Shown here one piece after another: positions 21,786 through 29,307 of a stretch of 64,000 bases of DNA. A program made the position numbers and the translations under genes. Each line of letters opens with the position of its first letter. Position 1 is the stretch's first letter. Below the pieces are notes generated by a model. It had not been told where the DNA came from, made no database searches, and saw nothing but the letters and a program-made list of their open reading frames with translations. This DNA is from an uncultured Kangiella sp. Lineage in GTDB: Bacteria > Pseudomonadota > Gammaproteobacteria > Enterobacterales > Kangiellaceae. Location: NCBI GenBank assembly GCA_964476655.1, contig CAYZBK010000001.1:34054-98053 (forward strand), in the 5' to 3' direction.

Positions 21786-22403
21786 TTAGAATTGGTAGTG
21801 TACTGATAATGTAATGGCGCTAAACGTTAAATCAATTTCTTCATCATATAGGTTAAAACCGTAGATAGAATTTTCACTTCTTTCAAGATTTAATTTTGCG
21901 TATTTGTAATCTATGCGAGCTTTTACTCCAGAATTAAAACTATACTGAACCCCTGTTCCTATAGTGGGTTCTATACTATTCCATGTGATTTCATAATCAT
22001 AAAAGGAGTTAACACTCTGTTTATACGCAATATATTGAAGACCCGCTTTAAAGTATACCGCTGTATTTTGATTAAAAATATACGTAAATTTAGGTGTGAA
22101 AGAAGAGCCAAAAATAGACGCATCAAGGTTTGTATTTATGTCCTTAAATTTTTCCGAATTTGAAATATCAAATTCAATGCTAAACCAATCTGTAAATTTA
22201 TACCCACTAAAAACAGTTAGTAATCGTACAGTTTCGGTATTTGATTGAAGATAAGGTTGATTTTTTGGGTTAATAGACAAATTTGTACTTCCTAATCCAG
22301 CGCCGACCATCCAGCCCCGCCGTTCCGCATCCAAATCACTAGCCGATAAATGACCTGAAATTACCGAGATCAACACTCCAAATATAAATAACTTCACAAA
22401 CAC
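21786..22403 (-). CDS. Small outer-membrane beta-barrel protein (OmpA-like / opacity-porin type barrel)
   Basis: Signal peptide FIFGVLISVISGHLSA, alternating aromatic/polar strand pattern, and C-terminal ...SVHYQF (terminal Phe). The tracked start is GTG. The GTG two codons downstream (22397) has better spacing to AGAGG. Confidence 0.65.
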   Translation of the reverse strand: MFVKLFIFGVLISVISGHLSASDLDAERRGWMVGAGLGSTNLSINPKNQPYLQSNTETVRLLTVFSGYKFTDWFSIEFDISNSEKFKDINTNLDASIFGSSFTPKFTYIFNQNTAVYFKAGLQYIAYKQSVNSFYDYEITWNSIEPTIGTGVQYSFNSGVKARIDYKYAKLNLERSENSIYGFNLYDEEIDLTFSAITLSVHYQF

Positions 22404-22655
22404 CTCTTTAATAATCTATTAATTAATTAATTTCATTTTCTTAATGTGACAAATTTAGCCCTTCAAATTGTATATTAAAATTTCAGAATTCGCAAAAGAA
22501 ATAATATTTTTCAATAAATTAACATCAGGTCAATATTCATTATATATTTTGTCTCTTTCTAACCATTGCAAGTTTGAAACATATACTCCTACCAAGTTAA
22601 ATATCTATTTTAAAGCAATAGTTTTGAGTCCAATAGAAGAAAGTTTACTGAAAAA

Positions 22656-22732
<77 letters not shown>

Positions 22733-22763
22733 ATAAATTGAGGTGACTGTTATTATCTAACGA

Positions 22764-23897
22764 TTAAAAGGCTGACCAGCGGATCCCAAGAGAGAGTTTG
22801 TTTCGATCATAAGTATAAATATCATTTGCATTGGTATAATTTGCGTGTTCAAGATCTAAATATAAGGCAAAGTTAGTTTCAAATAAGGTTGCAATGACCC
22901 ATTCATAACCGACTGATATGGAAATGCCTTGTTTTCCACTAGTTTCTTCATCACTGACTGTTAAACCTGGCTCTATTTGATTGACTAAGATAAAATTTGA
23001 ATACCTAATTCGAGTATTAAAATAATGATGTACACCAAATTGATGTTTTCCCGAAATAGCTAAATAGCCACTTAGTGCATTGTAATAACCTGAACCATTA
23101 TCTTCTCTATTTTCTAAATTAAAACTGTATTTCCAACGGACTCCGGATTCTGGATGGTAAATATATCCAATATTAAAGGCTTGATAAGTATAAGCCAAAT
23201 CGGTATTTAATAGATCAATGCCATCAAGATCTTTAATTCTTTTATCAACAAAACTACGCTCTGTATGTGTACCATTAACATAAAACCGCCCGACTTCTGA
23301 TGCCTTATACAACATTCCCAACTGAATTTTTTGCTGTTGGTAATCTAAATTACTTAAACCTGCAATATTATATTGCTGATAACTCTTGTCTCGTCCTCGA
23401 TAAATAAAGTCGAATGTTAGATTTTTATAAGGCAAATATGAAAGCTGCACTAAACTATTGGTTTGATTTGAATCATAACGATCAGCGATGGATTGTCCAC
23501 CAAATGTCGCCACTAAACCTGACGATTTACTGACATAAGTTTTATCTTTGTTACGAGCATTAACTGAAAATTTATATTTAAACTTTTCACCTTTAATTTT
23601 AAAAGATGATTTAAGTGAAATATTAGCTGATAAATTATATTGGTCTCCCCTACGATCATCAATGTACTGGGTTTTATTGGCTTTGGCGCTAAGGTAGACG
23701 GTCTTAAAAAAGCTTTTGCGTGCTTTGAATTCTACTTCGGCATAATTTTGTTCAGTGACCAATAAATTAGAAGACAATTGATGAGGGTTACTATCAACAC
23801 CATATAACACAGTCGCATTGATTGCTTCATTACTCGAAGCGATAGCCAATGACGGCGACAGCACCCCAACTACTAACCAAAAGCTATTTTTAAGCAT
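22764..23897 (-). CDS. Outer-membrane beta-barrel protein of unknown function
   Basis: Signal peptide MLKNSFWLVVGVLSPSLAIASS. The 377-aa sequence has Tyr/Gly/Asn-rich alternating strands throughout and ends ...LSLGIRWSAF (terminal Phe OMP signature). It is co-directional with the TPR and ATP-grasp genes. Confidence 0.7.
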   Translation of the reverse strand: MLKNSFWLVVGVLSPSLAIASSNEAINATVLYGVDSNPHQLSSNLLVTEQNYAEVEFKARKSFFKTVYLSAKANKTQYIDDRRGDQYNLSANISLKSSFKIKGEKFKYKFSVNARNKDKTYVSKSSGLVATFGGQSIADRYDSNQTNSLVQLSYLPYKNLTFDFIYRGRDKSYQQYNIAGLSNLDYQQQKIQLGMLYKASEVGRFYVNGTHTERSFVDKRIKDLDGIDLLNTDLAYTYQAFNIGYIYHPESGVRWKYSFNLENREDNGSGYYNALSGYLAISGKHQFGVHHYFNTRIRYSNFILVNQIEPGLTVSDEETSGKQGISISVGYEWVIATLFETNFALYLDLEHANYTNANDIYTYDRNKLSLGIRWSAF

Positions 23898-24031
23898 AAA
23901 ACATCTTAGCCTGTAAATTTTTAATCATTATAGAATTAACCTTGGATATTTCGACATTACTACTTTCATCTTTAATTGCATGGACAGAAAAATGCCTTAT
24001 TTAAGTAGCTTTCATACTTTTCTCAAGCAGT

Positions 24032-25963
24032 TTATTTTAATGTGTTATATATGTCCAGCGCCGCTTTATAGTTGGGATCTAATTTGAGCACCAATTCTAA
24101 CTCTTCTCGGCATTGTTGAAATTGATCCGCTTCACAAAACGTACGAGCATATAAAGTACGCCCTCTTTTAGAGTCTGCTTTGACATATAAGTAATCTTTT
24201 AATAATAACTGTGCTTGTTCAATCTCTTTGTTATTAAAATATAATAGAGCAAGTTGATATTGGGCATCACCATAGCTTGATGATATTGACAACAGTTCAG
24301 TATATTGAGATATAGATTGCTCCAGCTCACCCAATTTATTCAAGTAATTTGCCATGAAATAACGTGCTCGTGTATATCGAGGATATTTAGCTAACAAAGC
24401 TTTCAATTCTAAAATCGCCTTATCCTGCTCCTCTAACAACCAATAAAGTTTCACTTTTTGTAGAGTCCAACGCTTCTTTTGTTTGATTTTTAAAGCTAAG
24501 GAAATTAAACGCATAGACTCATTATAATGATTTGCTTTTTCTTCAGAAAGAGAGGCCTTATATAATAACTCAGGATTTTCTTTGATAAATGGAAACAATT
24601 TCTTGTAAATAGTTACAGCATCATTAAACCGTTTTAATTCAATATAAATATCCGCTATTTTTTGTTGGGACTGTAGGTAATATAAAAAATCAGGTTTAAC
24701 TTGTAGCAAGTATTTTAATGCTGTTTTAGGTCGTTTTAACTTGTCATAATTCAATGCTAGCATCAAAAAAGCTAAACCTTCTATTTTTTTTCTTTTTATA
24801 TTCTTTTTAAATAACTTGATGGACTCAGTATGATTATTTGATAACAGCTTTAAAACTGCATCACTTAATCGACGTTCTGACTTTTTTTGAATATTCTTTT
24901 TAGCAAAATCTAATTGTTTTTTTGCATTAATATATTTATTCAACATCATATATGAAAATGACAGTTTTAATCGCACATCAAAATTACTATTTTTTATGCT
25001 TTTGGCTGTATTTAGTTGCTGAATTGCTGGCAAATAATCCATTCGGCTAATTAAATAATTTGCATACTCAACTCTTGTCCGGAAATTGTTTTTTTCAAGA
25101 GATACAGCTTTAGTGAAAGCATCAATTGTTAAAAGATGCTCCCCTAACTTTTGTGATGTTTTAGCAATATTCCTCCAAGTTAAAACACTTTTAGGTCTAT
25201 ATTCAATCGACTTTTTAAAGTTTTTCAATGCTATATCGTATTTTTTTTGCTGATAGAGTGACTCACCTAACCCTGAGTAACTTTTAGCTTTTTTGTCCGA
25301 AGATGTAAGCTTGATAGCTTTTTTAAAAATCACCTCTGCTTTATTAAATTCTTTTTGTTCTAAGTAAAGCAGCCCTAAATTAATTAAGCCTGCTTGGCTT
25401 AATGGAGAAACACTAATAAATTTTTCATAATGCTCAACCGCCTCTTCTTTATCGCCTATTTTTGAAAGCAAACTCGCTTTATAAAATAATAGATCGTTTT
25501 TCATTAACTCTATCTTAGATAGACTATTAACAATATTTAATGCTTTACGATAATGCTTTTCATTTTTTAATTTTTTAATTGCAAACAACATGGACTTCAA
25601 TTGCTGATCAGAAGGTAAACGATTTAGTAGCGAAATCTTATTGCGATTAAATGCAGAAGCGGACATTACAGTTTGATAAATTACGCCCCCCACTTGACGA
25701 ATTATAGGCTCCTCAAATTTAGAGATTTCTGACATTTCAATTTCCTTACTTTCTTTATTATTAGAAAGTAATTGAACATCAACGCGATGATTAAATGACG
25801 ACTCTAAATAGGCTTCATAATAGACGGCTAGAATAATAAGTATAATAAAAACAAAACTGCTAGGGTACGCATTGCCCAATCTTATTTTATTTTGAGGTTG
25901 TTTATTTGTAAGATGCGCTTCGTATTCTTTGGACGCTGTTGCTTTATTCTTGGCTGAGTTCAT
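24032..25963 (-). CDS. Inner-membrane-anchored periplasmic TPR-repeat protein
   Basis: A single TM helix (SSFVFIILIILAVYYEAYL) follows a short basic N-terminus. About 580 aa of repeated A/Y/L-patterned 34-residue TPR-like units come after it. The likely start is ATG 25963 (MNSAKNK..., GAGGG upstream). The tracked start at 26014 would overlap the upstream gene by 71 nt. Confidence 0.75.
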   Translation of the reverse strand: MNSAKNKATASKEYEAHLTNKQPQNKIRLGNAYPSSFVFIILIILAVYYEAYLESSFNHRVDVQLLSNNKESKEIEMSEISKFEEPIIRQVGGVIYQTVMSASAFNRNKISLLNRLPSDQQLKSMLFAIKKLKNEKHYRKALNIVNSLSKIELMKNDLLFYKASLLSKIGDKEEAVEHYEKFISVSPLSQAGLINLGLLYLEQKEFNKAEVIFKKAIKLTSSDKKAKSYSGLGESLYQQKKYDIALKNFKKSIEYRPKSVLTWRNIAKTSQKLGEHLLTIDAFTKAVSLEKNNFRTRVEYANYLISRMDYLPAIQQLNTAKSIKNSNFDVRLKLSFSYMMLNKYINAKKQLDFAKKNIQKKSERRLSDAVLKLLSNNHTESIKLFKKNIKRKKIEGLAFLMLALNYDKLKRPKTALKYLLQVKPDFLYYLQSQQKIADIYIELKRFNDAVTIYKKLFPFIKENPELLYKASLSEEKANHYNESMRLISLALKIKQKKRWTLQKVKLYWLLEEQDKAILELKALLAKYPRYTRARYFMANYLNKLGELEQSISQYTELLSISSSYGDAQYQLALLYFNNKEIEQAQLLLKDYLYVKADSKRGRTLYARTFCEADQFQQCREELELVLKLDPNYKAALDIYNTLK

Positions 25964-28355
25964 TATAAAACCCTCGCTCTTGGATATTTTGTATTTCAAT
26001 GCCCGGTCGACCATTCACCTCTAAGACTAGCGGCCCTTGATCTTTGGTTAAGCAAATATCAATGCCTATATATCCTAACGGGATAGCTTTTTGACACTGT
26101 TTTGAGATGCTCAGTATTTTTTCCCAGCCAGGCACCTCAAAATTTATTAATTCTTTTTTGCTGTCAGGATGAATCGTTATGTCTTTTTTGTTTAGCTTTG
26201 CTGTTATTGTCATGCCTGTTTCAATATCAATACCTACGCCGACAGCACCTTGATGCAAATTTGCCTTACCGGAAGATTTTGATGTTGGGATCCTTAACAT
26301 CGCACTAATAACTTTATTTTTACATAATATCACTCGCACATCACAAAGCCCAAAAGGTGAAATTTGTTGTAACAATTCATGCTGTATAATTAAAGGCTCA
26401 AAATAAGCAACATCACTCTCACCATTTTGCGAATAACTACCCGAAAGAATTTCTACACAGTGTTTTTGCAGATCTAAAATATCCATTTTTTCGTCATTAC
26501 CTCTATAAAAGAATCCATTTTCATAACATGTAATTATTTTAATCCCATTGCCTTGCGAACCATTATTGGGTTTTAAAGCAAAGCCTTCTTGTTGTAATAC
26601 AGCGAAGGGGATCTGCTCTAAGTCTGAGAGTTCTTTAACCACAAAAACCGTTTCAGGAATGGGAATATCATAAGTTAATAATATACTTTTAGTTTCAAGC
26701 TTATCTGCAGCTAAATCCAGAAGCGCCTTGCTATTCAATTGATAAATAAATTCTTGATTACGGCTATTAATGCCCAGCACTGGTTTAGCTCTATCGCCTA
26801 AAATTTTTTTAAAACGAAAGCTTTCACTTAAACGAATACCTGTCCATTGACCAATATATATTTGTCCAGCAAGGATCAATAAAAAGAATTCGGGATGATG
26901 AGAAAACATCCCTTGCAACATGAATGACATCAATAAAAAATAGCATCCAGTAATTGCAGCCAAGGTACCTACAACTCTAAAAAATAGTTCCTTCCAATCA
27001 TTTTCCTCAGTTAATCGATGAATTTTTTCTGCGATAAAACTAATAATTATCACTGGAAATAATGATAACATTCCAAATTCGAGTCGTTCATTCGGATCAA
27101 TAAGCAATAAAGCTAAGACAAACACCATGGTATTAATTGTAATGATAGCGGCCAAACGAGGGATTTTTAATAATTTCAATTTTTCTAGATAATGATAAGC
27201 AATAAAACTAGTTAAAAGAATAAACGAAAAACCTGCAATTCCTTTTGTATATCCTATAAAAACACACGCTGCAGCAATTAACATCGGCAAAAAGATACCA
27301 AAGGTTTTAATACCTACAATATTCCGCAAAAAAGTTATTAATAATGTGCAAATAGGAAACAATAAAAACAAACTAATTGTTTCTGGTGCTAACCCCATTG
27401 ATAATAACAACCCTGTAATATCAATATTATCTATGTTGTTTTTACTTATATGATTATAGATTGCGGGTGCAACCAAACTATGACTTGAGGAAAACTGATA
27501 ATCAAAATTAATATCAACAGAATGTTTAAACAGGTTTTTATCTCCTCGATATAATTCTAAATAATTCTCTGGCAATTGTGCGAAGTTTCCATTAGTTGGT
27601 CCAAAAGGTATCCATTGATTTTCTATATACACCTCTAACCATTGATGTGATGTTTTTTTTGATATGCCATTTAAAATTACTCCACCAACCAAACGTGCTG
27701 GAATGTTACTAAGACGTGCCAACGCAATAAACAATCGACTCTTACCATTGCAACTTGCCGTTTTTAAACGTAATGCTGTAACAGCGTCAGTCACACCTTT
27801 GAAGGGCGCTGACTCTATTTTGTTATAGGTATAATTATATATTCTGTTTAATGTGTTAAGCATATTGTGTTGATTATTTATTCCAAGTTCTTTCCATAAA
27901 GATATTATTTCTGGATGTCTAAACTGTATATTGTTCGTAGGTTGCAAGTAAGGCAATAACGCTTCAGAATATATTTTAGGTATTAATAGCTCTGAACTAA
28001 TAACATATTTAATTGTTTGTAAAGAAAGAACATAACGATATGCTACTTGCTGCGCAGAACTAACCCCCGACCAATGCACAATTTTTCCACTAGGATCATT
28101 ACTTACTATCAGTTCTAAACCATTATTTATTATTTGTTCGCTAAGTATTTTTTGCCTTTCATTTTCTTCAGGTAGGTAAGTATGAATGACAATATCTCGG
28201 TCGTCAGATTGATAAGAAACGTTTAATTTAAAAGAATATATTTTGGTGGGAACAAGATTATAGGTAAACTCTTCAAAGCTTTTAAAATTAAAAGAAAATA
28301 ATATAAAAAAACTGATTACCAATAATAAATCGATATTTTTTGTTATTAATTTCAA
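25944..28355 (-). CDS. Fusion protein: signal-anchor + transglutaminase-like domain + 7TM domain + RimK-type (alpha-L-glutamate ligase-like) ATP-grasp domain
   Basis: The transglutaminase core is TASCNGKSRLF...IPARLVGG...SHQWLEVYIENQWIPFGPT (aa 200-255). Seven hydrophobic helices span aa 327-504. The C-terminal ATP-grasp has LGINSRNQEFIY, DKLETK, FALKPNNGSQGNGI and IGIDICLT..GPLVLEVNGRPG. The only available start is TTG at 28355. Confidence 0.8.
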   Translation of the reverse strand: MKLITKNIDLLLVISFFILFSFNFKSFEEFTYNLVPTKIYSFKLNVSYQSDDRDIVIHTYLPEENERQKILSEQIINNGLELIVSNDPSGKIVHWSGVSSAQQVAYRYVLSLQTIKYVISSELLIPKIYSEALLPYLQPTNNIQFRHPEIISLWKELGINNQHNMLNTLNRIYNYTYNKIESAPFKGVTDAVTALRLKTASCNGKSRLFIALARLSNIPARLVGGVILNGISKKTSHQWLEVYIENQWIPFGPTNGNFAQLPENYLELYRGDKNLFKHSVDINFDYQFSSSHSLVAPAIYNHISKNNIDNIDITGLLLSMGLAPETISLFLLFPICTLLITFLRNIVGIKTFGIFLPMLIAAACVFIGYTKGIAGFSFILLTSFIAYHYLEKLKLLKIPRLAAIITINTMVFVLALLLIDPNERLEFGMLSLFPVIIISFIAEKIHRLTEENDWKELFFRVVGTLAAITGCYFLLMSFMLQGMFSHHPEFFLLILAGQIYIGQWTGIRLSESFRFKKILGDRAKPVLGINSRNQEFIYQLNSKALLDLAADKLETKSILLTYDIPIPETVFVVKELSDLEQIPFAVLQQEGFALKPNNGSQGNGIKIITCYENGFFYRGNDEKMDILDLQKHCVEILSGSYSQNGESDVAYFEPLIIQHELLQQISPFGLCDVRVILCKNKVISAMLRIPTSKSSGKANLHQGAVGVGIDIETGMTITAKLNKKDITIHPDSKKELINFEVPGWEKILSISKQCQKAIPLGYIGIDICLTKDQGPLVLEVNGRPGIEIQNIQERGFYNELSQE

Positions 28356-28359
28356 ATAA

Positions 28360-28392
28360 TTATATTTCCTATATATTTCCTATATATTTCCT
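28360..28392 (-). repeat. Tandem 11-bp repeat x3 (coding-strand unit AGGAAATATAT) in the 41-nt spacer upstream of the fusion gene
   Basis: Plus-strand copies are ttatatttcct (28360-28370, 1 mismatch), atatatttcct (28371-28381) and atatatttcct (28382-28392). Confidence 0.9.
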
Positions 28393-28396
28393 GCTA

Positions 28397-29257
28397 TTAG
28401 TCGCCAAGAAGAAGTTGCGGATCGAGCCGAGTCGAAAACCAATTTAATCGCCAGTCCAAATGAGGCCCTGTTGCTCTTCCTGTTGAACCCATAGTCGCTA
28501 TTTTTTCGCCTTGAATAATCTTTTGTCCTACTTTCACCTTAAGCTTTTCTAAATGAATGTAGGTGGTATTAATTCCAAAACCGTGATCAATAATGATTGT
28601 TCCACCGGAATAAAATAAATCTTTTTCTGCAAAAGTAACAATACCATCTGCGGGAGAAATAACTGTTGTACCGACTTTATTAGCAATATCTAGACCGTAA
28701 TGTGGTCGTTTCTTCTCACCATTTAAAATCCTTTGACTACCATAAACGCCTGAAATTCGACCTTTAGCGGGTGAAACAAACGGCATTAAAAACGCCATTT
28801 GTTCAGAAAAAATGTTTCTAGCTTGTTTAACTTTAATTGTCTCACTTTTAATTCTTTTTAATGTTTGTTTAGATTTTGGATTAACTTTGTTTTTATCTAA
28901 ACCATTAATCTTTTCAATTTTCCACTCACGTTTTTTAATCGCTATTGGAAAATCTATAACCTCATTATTTGAATGGACTTTTAAAACCACTGAAGAGTTT
29001 TCCTCACGGCCAACTCCAAAAACAAATTCACCCGTTTCAGATAACGACAAGGGTTTTTCAGCTAAAAATATATCACCATCAACCAAAATTCGTCCAACAA
29101 CCATGCTACCTTGTTGAGGTTGTTTGGTAAAAATCTGAACAACGGGTGGTTTAGCATCAATTAAACCGCCATAAAGAAATAAAACGATAATCACAATTTG
29201 AAAAAATATTTTATTAAACGCTTTGTTGCCACCATTTTTTATATTATTGCAATTCAT
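28397..29257 (-). CDS. M23 (LytM-type) family peptidase, secreted or membrane-anchored
   Basis: Hydrophobic leader FFQIVIIVLFLYGGLIDA. M23 blocks are HYGLD (HxxxD), IIIDHGFG, TYIHL and GSTGRATGPHLDW. AAGGA Shine-Dalgarno sequence 7 nt before ATG 29257. Confidence 0.8.
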   Translation of the reverse strand: MNCNNIKNGGNKAFNKIFFQIVIIVLFLYGGLIDAKPPVVQIFTKQPQQGSMVVGRILVDGDIFLAEKPLSLSETGEFVFGVGREENSSVVLKVHSNNEVIDFPIAIKKREWKIEKINGLDKNKVNPKSKQTLKRIKSETIKVKQARNIFSEQMAFLMPFVSPAKGRISGVYGSQRILNGEKKRPHYGLDIANKVGTTVISPADGIVTFAEKDLFYSGGTIIIDHGFGINTTYIHLEKLKVKVGQKIIQGEKIATMGSTGRATGPHLDWRLNWFSTRLDPQLLLGD

Positions 29258-29307
29258 AACCAGTCCTTGAGAATAGAAAATATTTTATCATACGTTTTTT
29301 CAAGCTG

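Noticed and set aside
4573-22655. The idea that the APE cluster, hydrolase and small OMP form a genomic island integrated at the 3' end of tRNA-Arg(CCT).
   Set aside because: There is no integrase, transposase or phage gene. I could find no direct repeat of the tRNA 3' end near the rluE-proximal boundary (4573-4622). I cannot compute GC or codon deviation. This remains speculation and is mentioned only as context in the tRNA finding.
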